A DNA stretch of 63,626 bases, counting the filler, from Reticulomyxa filosa (taxonomy: Eukaryota; Protista; Foraminifera): NCBI GenBank assembly GCA_000512085.1. It is 14 parts of 14 records of this genome, joined end to end, with 100 filler letters (N's around TTAATTAATTAA, not from the genome) between each part and the next. Parts side by side here need not be neighbours in the genome. Positions count along the whole stretch, not along the records: positions 11,407 to 16,477 come from ASPP01026111.1; positions 16,578 to 18,560 come from ASPP01015686.1; positions 18,661 to 20,035 come from ASPP01021623.1; positions 20,136 to 21,348 come from ASPP01019244.1; positions 21,449 to 22,694 come from ASPP01042316.1; positions 22,795 to 28,112 come from ASPP01023658.1; 8 more parts are not named here. The stretch is one strand, 5' to 3'. Below are positions 13,130-26,834 of this stretch, in pieces (the first letter of the stretch is position 1; every line of letters begins with the position of its first letter). The translations under genes and the position numbers were made by a program. Under the pieces are notes generated by a model. The model had not been told where the DNA came from. It saw only the letters and a program-made list of their open reading frames with translations, and searched no databases.

Positions 13130-14243
13130 ATGGAAGTATCAGCGCGTATACTGATAAGAATGAAGCCAATTGTCGCGGAGTTGGTCCGTGAAAATGTCAG
13201 AGATATACGGAACCACGCACAATATGCCAACCCAGAAGAAACAGACCATCTTCACTTCATTGCAAATGTTAAAGAAAGAACTTTCAACAAAAATAGCAAA
13301 CAAACAAAGAAACAAAACAATAAAAATAAGAAAGACAAATATATGAAATGGGTATGAATAGACTCTGGAAACATCACTAACGTCAGCCAACAAAGCGCTG
13401 GAGACACATACATTGTTAAATGGGGTAATATCGCAATACAAAAATAGTATGGATCCAGACATAATAAAACAATTGCGAGCAATCCAATCGAATCAGCAAG
13501 TAATTTTGCAATGCAACGCGAAAAACTTGCTCGAAAGTGGCCAACACTATCAACAGCAATTTATGCCGGGATCGACCCATCAATTTTTGTCACTTAATTC
13601 AAGTCAAACCGATACTCCGAGTCTCGACTCAAACACACCATCGTCAACGCATGTTATGTTCAAACACAACCATACAATATATATGTATATACATATATTT
13701 ATAAATCAGAAAGCCTTGATATGGTGTTTTTTTTTCTCCCTCTTTCAGAAAACATCAATGTCAAATGCGGACAACAGTGAACGCAAGAAAAGACTCTCGA
13801 AAAAATCAATCGATCTCGCAATAGGCAACAGCACACACTACGTGAGATCGAACCCCTTATGGTCATTAATGCATGAGAATGAAAGCAACGACGCTACCTC
13901 GAACACGGACGGATCAACTACTTGTGCACTCGATCTTGATGATGTATCTTGCGATCACACGTCGGCATCGTCCCATAGTAAGACGTCGTCCAATACCTCT
14001 GCTTTACAACAACGGCAACAGCATAGGGATGAAAGTGAGGCCAAATACAATGACGACATCCAACCACTCAAAGAAGAAAGTTCACAGTCTCCAGACCGCA
14101 ACAAGTGGATCAAAGCTGTTTTGTGTGTTTCTCATTTCTTGTTGGCCGTTGGTGTTTATGTGAAGAACGAAGTCAATGTTGCCAGTGCAGCTGAAGGGAA
14201 CACCACTCTCGAATCTTCGAACAACGAAGCCACATCCACATAA
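13130..14243 (+). CDS. Hypothetical protein, spliced, with C-terminal hydrophobic segment
   Basis: Consecutive ORFs separated by GT..AG AT-rich introns; KWIKAVLCVSHFLLAVGVYVK near the C-terminus; no family recognised. Confidence 0.5.
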
Positions 14244-14963
14244 GACACACCATTCTCTTAACCTTTAAACCTAAAAATAAAAATAAAAATAAATTAAAAA
14301 ACTTTGAAATATCTGTCTCTTGTCGCGTCAGTAACTATCACAAAAACTACATCCCATTTTTGGTTGTTCGAGTTTTATTTCCCTTCCATTGTATGATACG
14401 AATGTCATTTTTTTACACTTTTCTTTTTCCAAATTACCGTTTTGATCATTTCTTTTGTCACAGTTTTGTACGATCAAAGCTGAAAATATTCAAGTTGTTT
14501 TGCTAAATTGAAACTTGATGGCTAGTCCACAAAATGAATAAAGGAATAAAAAATATATTGTGTCTACACGTACACTTCAAAGCACATGCCAATTTTTCAA
14601 TAAAGGACAATTTAACGGAAGAACTTGGGAGTCTCCTTTTTAACATATCTGCTCATAGAATTTTCCAAAGAAAAACGCAAAACATTTCCTTGTTAATTTG
14701 TGCTTGAACTTATTTAAGTAAATCATGCATGTCTAACCTCATAACAATTAACCAATTTTCGGTTCATGAGCAACCAAGAATTTGCTCGAATCACAAACCA
14801 GCAAAAAGCCGAAAAAAAAGGATTGATTGCGAAGCGAAAATTGATTTGCGGGTTTTTGAGAGAAAAAAAAAAGCTTATTAAATAAAAACAAAAACAAATA
14901 GAAAAGGAAAATAACCCCAAAAACTGAAACACGCAGATACCAGAACAATTTTAAAAAATTATT

Positions 14964-16183
14964 TTATGCTGATGAGTCAGTGATTCCACCATCAGCAATG
15001 GCAAATTGTGCTTCACTTTCTGGTAAATTTGGAGAGTCATAAATTTTGGCAACTCTTGTATTTTTTTGTCCTTTTCTTAAAAAAATGCGTGTGGTAGAGG
15101 CATGAGCAATGATGTTGCCTCCAATCGGCTTGAGAGAAGCTTTGAAGGACATTGCATCTGGTGTGCTGACCACTTGATTGGTAATGACCACAGCAACTCC
15201 AAATACATCACAAATGTGCAACAATTCGCGCATAAAGCGACCCAACATTTGCTGTCTCACGCTTAGTTCTCCCCTCCCAATGTACTCACTTCGGAACAGA
15301 GCTGTGGCAGAATCAACGACAACTAATGCGTATCTCGACTCGGACATCAATCGAGTCGCTTCACTCAACAGTTTCATTTGATGATCGCTGTTGTAAGCCC
15401 GTGCAAATGTTATGTTGTTCAGTGTGTCCGAAGAGTCTAATCCAATTCCTTCGCAGATTTGAACTATTCTCTCTGGTCGAAATGTGCCTTCTGTATCGAT
15501 GTACATTGCACACCCTGCACCTCCACCATAGTCCATTGGCATCTTCATTCCACATTTCAAAGTCAGCAAAAAAAAAAAGGAAGTGTGAGAACGAAAAGTT
15601 CACAAGAACAAAAAAATGAAAACTCAACTTGACAGTAGACACATAACGAATGACAGATTTGTGTTTTTCCAGTTGCAAACTCACCGAATATCTCAGTAAT
15701 CGATCCTGTTTCTACCCCTCCTCCAAGTAACTCATTCAATTGGGAACTTCCTGTTGACAATTTCACCATGTCCTTCCTTCGTGAAAGAAACGTTGTTGCG
15801 GTGACGAAACCCATTTTTCCAACCACTTTGAACGCTGCTTCCTGAATTTTCAACACTTTGGCCTCACCAAATCCTTTCAGGTCCAACAGCTGTTTCTTTG
15901 GAGCGTAGGCAACACTTTCCACTGTTGCATAGCCTTGATCACGCAAATTACTTACATCTTTTGATGCTATTCCAAATTGCTTTATGTGTGCGTGTACGTA
16001 TTATTTTTTTTGCAATTGTTTCCGTTGGCGTGCAAAGTGTACTCTGTTCTCGGAACATTATTTTTTTTTTGTTACTTGCAAAGCCTCAATTTTCGAGTAG
16101 CAAGTGGCTGGTGCAGCTTCTTCGGCTTCTATGTTTTCTTGTTCCTCAACACAACTCGCAATCTCAGTAGGTGCTGTTGCCAT
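14964..16183 (-). CDS. RAD51: DNA recombinase RAD51 (3 exons)
   Basis: [22 protein letters not shown] (Walker A), [45 protein letters not shown]; RAD51-type rather than DMC1-type N-domain. Confidence 0.97.
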
Positions 16184-16577
16184 GATCACGGGAAAGAGAT
16201 TCTAAAAACACCAACTTCAGTCCGTTTTTCTTTTCCCCCTTTGACTTGAACTTAAGCCCAAAAAGGTGCTGAAATTTGTGACTTGTTTAAATTTTTTGCC
16301 AAAAAACCGAAAACAATTATTATGTCATACATAGGAACATAATAATTTCCTCAATGAAAAAGCAATATTAAACAAAATTCTTTTTTAATTTCTATTTCTT
16401 TTACAATCCACTTTTTATTTCTTTTTGATTTTCAACAAAGTCACCAAAAAAAAAATCGCTGTATGAGATACTATTTTNNNNNNNNNNNNNNNNNNNNNNN
16501 NNNNNNNNNNNNNNNNNNNNNTTAATTAATTAANNNNNNNNNNNNNNNNNNNNNNNNNNNNNNNNNNNNNNNNNNNN

Positions 16578-18516
16578 AGTTTATGGAGGTGGGGCACTTG
16601 CACCGTAGTATGGATTGGTTGCTGTTCAGCACAAAGACAAAAGCACACATTTACACAAATAATAATAAGACCCAAGTAAAGAGAGAATAAAAAAAAACAA
16701 AACGTTGAGTGATCTGTTGCTGCATCATAGTGGTTTGATAAGGGTTGGACTGCGGAATTGTTTGTCCTCCTTGCTGTCCATACATGGTGGTGGATTGGAG
16801 AGGTTGCGTATACTGTTGGAGTGGTTGCATATACTGTTGGACATTGGCATGATAGGGCTGAGACTCAAGCACAGGCTTTTGTTGTGGGTAATACAAGGTC
16901 TCGCCATTGGCAAGCCTGGAAGGACCTTCGTACAAATTCACCAAAGTTTCCTCCTTTTGAAGACGACGTTTATTCGGAGTCAACTTGTTCGTCGACATGA
17001 ACTGTTCCACTTGGTTGGGGATTTCGGCCAAGGTTTCTTTCGCCAAAGCGCTGATATGCATTTTGCTGAATTGAGCAAATGGAACAAACTGCACAATGTC
17101 CCTCGTCGATTGGTGCCCTTGCGAGTTTCGCAAAGGTTTGTCATCTGCGTCCAACTCTTCCATTTTCGAAAAGTCTGCCGTTCCTACGCCGACAATTACG
17201 ATCGATAATGGACACTTTGTTGCATCGACAACGCTAAACAAGTATATATATATTATATATACATACATAAATATATTAGTGTGTGTTAATGTTACAAAAA
17301 AAAAAAGTGACAACAAACTCATCTGATTAAAAATGTAAGGAAAATAAAGAATGTAAAAAAAAAACAAAACGCGTTGACAGTGTTTTGCATATCATTAATG
17401 GCACCGTCAGTGATAATAAGCAAAATGGTATAGCGCTGTTGTTCGGAGGACTGTTCAACAGCGGACAGACCAGCGACGGTTTGGACAATTTCAGCAAAGT
17501 AGGTTGGTCCGTACAATTGCACCCGGTTCAAGGTGTCGACATAGGCCTGCACAACCCCTTCGATGCCGTGCACTTCCGTCGTCTTCGAGTCGAACGTCAA
17601 AGGAAAGCAATGGCTCACATTTTTCCCATTGGGATCCAAATTCGCCCCCTATTTATTTAAAAAAAAACACACACACAATTATGGATTGCAAGGAGTCTCA
17701 CATCTTTTTGGCAATTATTGTTTGTTTTTTTTTTTTTGTTTCCTTGCAAGTTTGCAAATAGAAGATCACTTAACAAAGCCATACACTCCAATCATTCGAT
17801 CCGAGTCATACGGCTCTAAAACACGTCCGACTGATCGAATGACTTTCAGATATTGGCTTTCGAAATTCTGTTTTTTGAACAAACAAAAAAATAAATAAAA
17901 TCAAATGCAATTCTCAACAATTAAATATTTATGACTTCAAAAAAAAAAAAAAAAGAAACTGGTCCTCCCATATAGTGCAACGACCCAGAGTCTTTTGGAT
18001 CCCCATTAGAGCCTGTAAAGTCAATGGCCACAATTAGACTAATCTCCATGCCCCCTATCACATAGTCGATGAACGCGTGCTTTTGCTTCAGCTCTTTTTT
18101 TTTAATCACCAACTCGCCATGCGATTTCCCCTGCTCCAGCTTTCCAGTGCTTTCATCGCGTTTCTTGAACGCAATGGATGATGCGTCAATCAATTCCGCT
18201 ACTGACGTCTCGCATTCTGCAACATATTTCGGCTCTTTTCCTGACACTTGATGAAAGCATCTTGATATTATATACAAATATATACGTATATATGTATATA
18301 TTTGTTTGTATCTCTCTCACAACAGTAAAGAAATAACAAACTTGAAAAGAATGGGTCGTTTATGATCACCATTACATAATCGTCGTATAGACAGTTTCAT
18401 TTCACTCCACGTTGGCGAGTTCGTTCCCTTTTGTGCTTCGGTTTTGTGCACTGGCATCCAACCCTCATCGTCCGCTTTTCGATATAATTGAAGATAGGGG
18501 TCCAATTTGCCAAACC
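16578..18516 (-). CDS. Copine (C2 + vWA), partial, multi-exon
   Basis: FGKLDPYL, VAIDFTGSNGDP..SLHY, VQLYGPTYFA, LLIITDGAI, PLSIVIVGVG.ADF, RDIVQFVPF. Confidence 0.93.
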
Positions 18517-18660
18517 TTTTTTTTTTTTTTTTGCACGCAATTCTTTTTTGAACCAAAAAANNNNNNNNNNNNNNNNNNNNNNNNNNNNNNNNNNNNNNNN
18601 NNNNTTAATTAATTAANNNNNNNNNNNNNNNNNNNNNNNNNNNNNNNNNNNNNNNNNNNN

Positions 18661-19480
18661 ATATCCATTACCATCAATTACACCAACAACATTATTTTTA
18701 TTCTTGTTTTTATAAATGGTGAAATATCAATACCACGGACACCACCTTCGTATCCATTGAAAATATGCAATATTTTAAACGTTTCAACATCCAATAAACG
18801 AATTGTTTCGTCCAAAGATACAGAACATAAATATCGATCACAATTAAATGTTGAAAATTCCATCCTACGTACAGGAACACATTGTTCTTTGAATACTTGT
18901 AATTGTTTGTTTTCTTTGAAATTCCAAAAAATTAATGTATTATCAGTTGATGAGGAACAAATTACATTAAGATTATTTTCATGATAATGATAAGGTGAAA
19001 TTTCACGCAATACACCGAATTTAAATGTTCATCAAATAATTGAATTTTTTGTTATTTTCAATATTCCATACACGAACTATTTTATCATTTGATTCAGAAC
19101 AAATTAATTGACAATCGCCAAATTCAAATAATCAATAACGTTCACACAATTTGTATGTCCAGTGAACGCTTTGAGAAATTTAGAGTATGAACGAAACATT
19201 TCAAACATAAATATTATTGTTGTCTATTTAAAACAAAAAACTATCATAAAATTTTATATAAATACACAAAAAAAATAAAACTAACATAATTTGATACAAT
19301 TTCGTCTACATCTTTGACCCACACCTTAATTTGTAATATTCTGATCCAATATTGGATAATTATTTGGATCTCTTCTTCTTTTGACTTTTCAAATCAGATA
19401 AAAATTTAAGAACAAGCTTTCTAAAAGTTTAAAATAAAACTTACCAACAAAAGCTGTGTTGCAATTTTATCATTTCTAAG
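18661..19480 (-). pseudogene. WD40-repeat protein of an expanded family, frameshifted
   Basis: EEIQIIIQYWIRIL N-terminal motif, FTGHTNCV, ICSSSTDNTLIFWN; frameshifts near 19125 and 19045. Confidence 0.75.
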
Positions 19481-19707
19481 AGCAGCAGTCATTCCTTCAA
19501 AGATCTTTCTTGTTTTCTTAAATGATGTAAGATGAACTTTTTTATTTCAAATCAATTAAACACACAGTTGTGATTTCTTTTTAACACAAAAACAAAAAAT
19601 TTATTTGAAATCGACAATGACACCTGTATTACAAATCAATAATATATTCAGAAAGAACAAAATTGTTGAACACAGTTTTAGAAGTAACACAAAGTTTGAA
19701 CTCAGTA

Positions 19708-19935
19708 TGTAGGACGTCAGCCGGAAGAGGTGTACTAAATGTAATACGAAAATGGTTTTGCTCAAGAAACTAATGTTCGATAAAACAAAAGTAAATTAAA
19801 TAAAAGAAAGATGAATAACGCAACCAAAGAAGAAAACAAAGTAAAAGAGTAAGTGAAGTTGGTTGAGGAGTTTTAGCACACTGGGGACTCCCAGGTTCCT
19901 TCAACGTTCAGACATTCGTAGGGCCTTGCCCTACA
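19708..19935 (+). mobile_element. 228-bp solo-LTR-like element, copy 1
   Basis: Termini TGTAGG..CCTACA; direct repeat AGTA at 19704-19707 and 19936-19939; homologous to the reverse complement of 37657-37884. Confidence 0.85.
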
Positions 19936-20135
19936 AGTATTTGTGAAACAAAAAAAAGAATGGACCTTGGATAATTACACGTTATTAAAACAAGTTGCCT
20001 TAATAGGTCAAACTATTTTGAGCAAAGTATCATCTNNNNNNNNNNNNNNNNNNNNNNNNNNNNNNNNNNNNNNNNNNNNTTAATTAATTAANNNNNNNNN
20101 NNNNNNNNNNNNNNNNNNNNNNNNNNNNNNNNNNN

Positions 20136-20501
20136 TTAATTGGTGATGCTCCAGCAAATACAAGGGAAGATGTACAATCAAAAAGAAAATCCAAAGAAGC
20201 TTATTGGAAACAAACATCACTGTTCTCTAATCCAACATACTATGAAGATGAACTTAATCGTTTGAAAAAACATGATATTTTAATTCATGCTTTTTTTGTC
20301 GATGACAAAGCAAAACAAAATTTTACAGCAATAGCTACAGCTACAAATGGCCGATGCGAAAAATTGGACATTAATTCAAATAGAGGCTCAGATCAATTGA
20401 CTGATCTAGTCTCTGAGGAAGTTCTCAGGAACGCAGGAGGTGCAAATGGAAACGAGTTTGTGGAAGCATACAGAGCCAAATTCTCGAAATCATTTACTTG
20501 A
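20136..20501 (+). CDS. vWA-domain protein, C-terminal fragment
   Basis: LIGDAPAN..IHAFFV..NFTAIATATNGRCEKLDIN. Confidence 0.6.
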   Translation, partial: LIGDAPANTREDVQSKRKSKEAYWKQTSLFSNPTYYEDELNRLKKHDILIHAFFVDDKAKQNFTAIATATNGRCEKLDINSNRGSDQLTDLVSEEVLRNAGGANGNEFVEAYRAKFSKSFT

Positions 20502-21448
20502 TCATTTTATCTTTTGGATAATCTGTTTTGTACATTTATGTAAACATAAGATGTAATTTTCTATTCAATGCCTGAAAACTGTCAAAGACTTTGGTTATCG
20601 TTTGCCAAAGGAATTGACAGACTTTTCAAACATCTTTTTTCCAAAAAAATGAGAAAATTGCGTGAAATTTTCGTGTAATTTTTTTTTCCTTTGTTAATCA
20701 CTTTAAAAAAAAGAATATGATCATCGAGGTTGAATAAAGATATTCATTAAAAAACACAACAAATTGTTTGTCATCTACACAAGATACAAGAACTTGAAAA
20801 TCTGGAATATTCCATACTATTTAAAACTTCTTAATATTCCTGAAGTGAGAAAAAGGCCAAATACTCATTTCCCATAATCGAATTGTTTGATCTGAAACAT
20901 GACACAATATATTTGTCATTTAGAATCTCTACAGTAGATTTCTTCATTTCTTCAAACAACGTTTCTCTTATATCTTGTTTGATTTTATTTTTTCGGTTTA
21001 TTTTCGTTTGTCTTGAATGATTAGAAAAGCAGGCTTTCGTATTACACTTACTTTTTAGAGCCGACAAGACAAGCCTTTCATTTGAATAGCCCCTGGTTTT
21101 GTGGTGGTTGCGTCATTGTTGTCTTTGCAAAGTTTACACTTCTTCTTTTTTAAAAGATTAGGTAGATGCGTAGTGTTAGTGCTTGCTTTTGTAATGTTTT
21201 GTCTAAATAATTGAATACAAAGTCATAATGCTTTCAAATGCATTCGCCCATTTCTCGATCAACTCAGGGAAAAAAGACACAACAAGAAAAAAAAGCAATT
21301 GGCAAAGGGACAAACAAATGTGTATGATACAAATGCTTTTTTTTTTTTNNNNNNNNNNNNNNNNNNNNNNNNNNNNNNNNNNNNNNNNNNNNTTAATTAA
21401 TTAANNNNNNNNNNNNNNNNNNNNNNNNNNNNNNNNNNNNNNNNNNNN

Positions 21449-22694
21449 TCGAAAATGGAAAAACAAATGGTGGATGGTAAGCCTCATATTGCTCCGGCCA
21501 AGATTATAAATAAGGCTTTGGTCGATGTGACATGCAGTCCAAGTGCAGAATCAGAGACGAAATATATCACTGCAATTCCGATCAACTTAAAGGAATTAGG
21601 TGTACGATCAACAAAATTAGATAATGTTGTACTTTGTGATACCCCTGGCTTTGAAGATACTAATGGACCTGAGGTCGATGTTGCCAATGGCATTGGAATC
21701 ATTAAAGCATTACAAACTTGCAAAAGTGTCAAACCTGTGGTGTTGATCAGTTACACGGCTTTGGGATATCGAATGAATTGTGTTCGCAAGTTGGCTCGAA
21801 CCTTGACAGGAATCATTCCATCGATCCAAAATCATTTCAGTGCATTTGCATATGTGTTTACCAAATTCCCAGATGATCAGAAAGAATCAATCCATGCTTT
21901 GGTGGAAGATACATACAATAAAATTCAAAAAGAGGAAAAAGACGAAGGATATAAAGCATTATTGGAAGATATTGCAGATCAAACCGAGAATAATGTACTT
22001 GCACCCGATTTATTGAACGATTCTCCCAAAATATTGTTGAAGGAGTTGGCGAATGCACAAAAATTCATTAAGGATCCAGCCGATGTGTTTCAGCCTTTTC
22101 TCACAGAAAAATCCACATCAGCTGTAAATTTACAAGTCGAAAAACACAAAGCCAACATTTTGCATGCATTCAAACATCATCATTATCCAATTGTGCAAAC
22201 CAAATTGGACGAACTCGTTGCCTTGCAATCAGCGTTGAAAAGTGATACAATTGAAAGAACTTATCAAGATTGCGTCAATCAATTAACTCAGGATTGGAAC
22301 ACACAAGTCAATGCAGCCATACATACATTTAACAAGTGCATGGAGACTTCGCATTCCTTTAGCAAAGAGGATATATTGGCTTACAAACAAATTGTTGATG
22401 AGTTCAAATCGGCAGATCCATTGCGAAAACATTTGCCAGAGGCCATTTGTGCTGATGCATTGATTCAAAATTTAGATAATCAAACTCATCATTTGACCGA
22501 GGAAATGGAAAAACGCATGGGAAATGAACTCGAATTGCAAATACAATTGGATAAATTGGTGCAAGTTGGAAATATCTTTCCCAAATTTGCACCTGCTTAC
22601 AATGAAGCTTGTCAAACATTGGCAAAACATCTAACCAATTATGTAAACAATGCAAAAGGGTGTCTTGACAATCACAACTTTGAAGAGATGCGAA
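21449..22694 (+). CDS. P-loop GTPase-like domain followed by long helical region; fragment filling the whole contig
   Basis: SETKYI (G2-like), LCDTPGFEDT (G3), YVFTKF (G4-like); uninterrupted ORF. Confidence 0.7.
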
Positions 22695-22857
22695 NNNNNN
22701 NNNNNNNNNNNNNNNNNNNNNNNNNNNNNNNNNNNNNNTTAATTAATTAANNNNNNNNNNNNNNNNNNNNNNNNNNNNNNNNNNNNNNNNNNNNTATATA
22801 TATATATATATATATAATAAATGATGAACTTTGGATGGACTCTTCATTCCTTGAATT

Positions 22858-25391
22858 TCAGGCACTGGAAACAGTGGAGAAACAATTTTGTGAAGAGAAG
22901 TGGGGAGTATGCAATCCATTGGAATCAGCATCAGCATTGGCATTGACATTGGCATTGACATTGGTATTGGACTGGATTGCCTTTGGCTTGGCCATGGGCA
23001 TTTCCATGGATTGCACTCTTTCAAGCGCGTGTAGCGATTTGGACCCCAATTCGGATCTTGACTCCGACAGTAGCCCTGCGTCCTCTTGGCCAGAAGCGGA
23101 GGAGCATTGAGTCCTGGAATCGGACTCGAACAAAGACTCCGACTCCGTGTTGGAATGGAAATAGCAGTTGAGATTGGACTCTGAGCCTGACTCGAGCATC
23201 GATTCCGAGTCGGAGTGTTCTCGAACACGTTTGTATCCTTCTCCTCCTCCTACTCCTCCTCCTCCTCCTCTTCTTTCTCCTTCGTATTTTCGACTTTGGT
23301 GATATTGCTGTTGTGGCTGTTGGCGCGGATGAATGCGATTGGGGTGATGATGGACTTGCGTGTCGCGCTGCTTTAGTTTCTTTTTCAAAGGGGCCTTGAC
23401 GATGTTGATTTCGACATAGTCATCCCGTTGCGATTTGAGTACTGGAGGACTAGTAGTGGTCGTCCAAGAGGACTGAGACATGACCCCCCGTCGAATGACC
23501 TCACTTGTTGCTACCTCCTCGCTTCCTGCCATCGGAATGTTGTTTGTCGATCCAATTCGCTTCGCTCTCAACATGCTCTTCATCGTCCCACTTCTGTCCG
23601 TCATTTGCATATTTGTGTCTTTGGCTTTCGAATTATTCATGTGGACATTATTGCCATTGCTATTGCTATTGCTATTGTTATTACTATTGCTTGCATTCAA
23701 GTTTGGATCGGATTGCACTTTGAAAATAGGATTGAAATGCACCTTGGAAATCCCGCTCGCTTTGGACTTTTGCTTGGCCAATGGCAGATCCATGTTCTGT
23801 TTGTACGCGTCCACGTCGTTGGACTTGCGCGAGTCGGCCATCAGCTGGAACAGTCCAAAGTAATTCAAAAACAGCCCGCACAACAACGACAGCCACTGCA
23901 ACGCCGTGGCGTTTTCAAACTCTTGGAAATACAATCCTCCTGCAATCGTGCTGAACGTTATCCACATCACCTGGTGCATCGGGACGATGAATACCGCTTC
24001 GTATTGTATCAATGCCTCTGATTGGCGATACATCCAATATGCCTTTTTATGTGTATGTGTGTGTTTGTGTGTGTGTGTGTATGTGGGTATTGTATGCATG
24101 TGCGTGCATGTTGTCACATTTGGAACTTTCCAATGTTCTTTTTTTTTTTTTTTTTTTTTTGTCAATCCAATACAACTTATTCTTATTTTTTTATCTCTCC
24201 ATCTCTTTGATCTCTTTTTTCTTCATCTTCTTCTTCCCTCGAGAAAAAAACAAAACAAAACAAAAAAAAACACATTACAAAACGTAAGTAACAAGCCAAG
24301 CAAATGCGCAAATGATGACAAACAACAGCTGGGATAACGAAAATGGGTTAAGCCATACAATTTGCTTGGCGACTGATTTTCGGATTATAATAGCCAAGGT
24401 TTTGCCCAGAACCACCGATTGCGTTCCTGGCATCGCACTACACATACAATACGCAATTCCACTGACCCAACCTTTTTTCGTCGCTTTCATTCCCCTTTGC
24501 GATTCACGTGTTGGCAAGCATTCAATGTATTGCCACAGCTTTAAATATATATGTATATATATATTTAAAGTTGAAAGTATGCCATTTAACAACAATGTAG
24601 ATTATAAATTGGGAAGGGAAAAGGAAAAAAAAAAAAAAAACAATGGAGTGGGACACCACGAAACAATGGAAAAGCAAAATATAGCAATGACGACGATTAA
24701 ATACGATCGGTACACCGAACGATTGAAGTTATCAAACAATGCAATGATTGTTAATCGTCCACTGTCGCTATTGGGCGAAAACCCAAATACCAATACCAAA
24801 CATCCTGAAATTACTGCAAATGTGCCCAATATATGCTTCCAGTCGATCCGTGTTTTATAAAACACTGCACTGCATATCAAACTATATACATAAATGTACA
24901 TATATGTATCTACATTTACATATGTGTATACATACATATATATATATATATCGACCTACACACGAATATACTTCAAGCACTTTATATTCAGATTTTTCTT
25001 ATTAACTTGACTACAAATTGAATGGACGCTATAGATGCAAGCAATGTCTGCGGAGCAAATGCCATTGCATAGGCATTTGACACGGAACCCATGCATATTA
25101 AACACTGACCAAATAATGACCATACCCACTTCACATCCGATTGCACGCAAACGCTTTGCGTTCGGTAATGTACTAACTTTGTTGAGGTTTTCGTGTCTTG
25201 CCCAAACACTTTAAAGTGCTGCCCTGTGGAATTTTCCATCAATTTTTGTTTTTAAGTCCCTTTTTTTTTGAGTGCCCCCTCGGTATTTCTTTTTTTATTG
25301 CTAGCGAAATATAATGCAATAATTTCATACCTAAGTTGAGCACCGTATTTCCCACCAAACTGAAAAGTACACCTTTATAATATTCGTCCAT
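22858..25391 (-). CDS. NIPA-family magnesium transporter, multi-exon
   Basis: MDEYYKGVLFSLVGNTVLNLG, AFAPQTLLASIASIQFV, QSVVLGK, YEAVFIVPMHQVMW..AGGLYFQEF. Confidence 0.85.
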
Positions 25392-26834
25392 TCTTCAATA
25401 AAAGGAGAACAAAAAAAACGTGAGCCTCCTTTTCAAACTGTTTTTGTAGAACCTACCCTACGTTGTTGTGCGTTATAAGTATTTAAAGAACGGCAGTTTC
25501 TATATCATAATTGAAATAAATTCAAAATGATATACGGGTAATATTTTTTTGATGATCCGAAGTGGATGTTCATGAAATCTTTTACAGATTTGAGATATTT
25601 TTAAAAAACGTGACAATAGCAAAAATCCTAGAATTCTGCATTTACAAGAATTGTGTGTCATGTGCAAATTAGCATGTCTCTCGATATGTTTAACTATTAC
25701 TAGTATGTGTCAATTTTAAATAATTATTACAATTTGTACTAGCAAAAATTTTTATTTATTGAAAGAAATGCGAACATAAAATTGTTTTAATATAAACTAC
25801 TGTTATTTATTGGATTCATTATTAGAAGATGCAACTGTTGTAGTGCACCAGTTTGTAGTTTTGTTGCATATATATGAAAACTTTTGAAATTTTAAAAAAT
25901 GAATAAGCAAATACACTTAATAAATATTATTTGTTTATTACATAGTCAATATTGTTCTATTTAATTTGAAATATTATGTAGTAATGGTCATGAAATTCAA
26001 TGATTTAGTAATAATACTTTCGATTTAAAAATGTGTTAACATTGCATATTAAAAAATCTCCGATAGTTTTTCATTTTGCAACAAAACTAAATCATATTTA
26101 AATGTATGTGTAAAGTATAAATTTGAGTAACGTGAAAATATTTAGAATTTAAACAATATAATGTATAGGATAAGTCCCGTTGTTTCTTTTGTATTTTGTG
26201 ATGTGGGGCAAGGTTCAATTGGGGTCTTCAAATTCCTTTTTTTCCCCAAAATTTCTCCAAACTTACTTGTCACTTTCTCCATGCTTCTTGTTATGCTGTG
26301 CCATTCTATTCTTCTGTGATTTAATTAACTTGTTTTTTTATTGACAATCGCTCATATAGCAAAATTTTCGTATTACACTTTGTGCAAGCCAAAATGCATG
26401 TTTATTTCTTATTTAATTAATTTTGTTTTACTGAAAAACTTATTTCCGAACAAAGTTTCTTTAGTGTTATACATCAATCGTATGCACTGTTCCTACAAAT
26501 GCTACAGCCAAAAATTGCATTTTAAATGTCGTTGTTGATAATTTATTGAGGTAGTGTGCTTTTACCATGAAAAGAAATGGTCATTTTATTTAAGTGCTGA
26601 GTATTTGATCAAGATTTTCAAAAATATGTAACCAAATTTGGTCGGAACATAAACGTTCAACGTTTGAATGTACAAAAAAAAAGAACCCCTAAAGAAACCA
26701 CACAACAGCTTCACACACACGACAAATGCAAAGAAAGTATTATTAAAAAAAAAAAAACCCAAACTCCCTTTCTCATCGTCCCGCCCCGAGAAAAAAAGCA
26801 TATTGTCAAAATGAGAAGCTTTATTTTTTTTTTT

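Noticed and set aside
20913-21071. Possible third solo-LTR copy (contains TTTCGTATTACA)
   Set aside because: Only one short block matches; no clear TG..CA ends with a TSD
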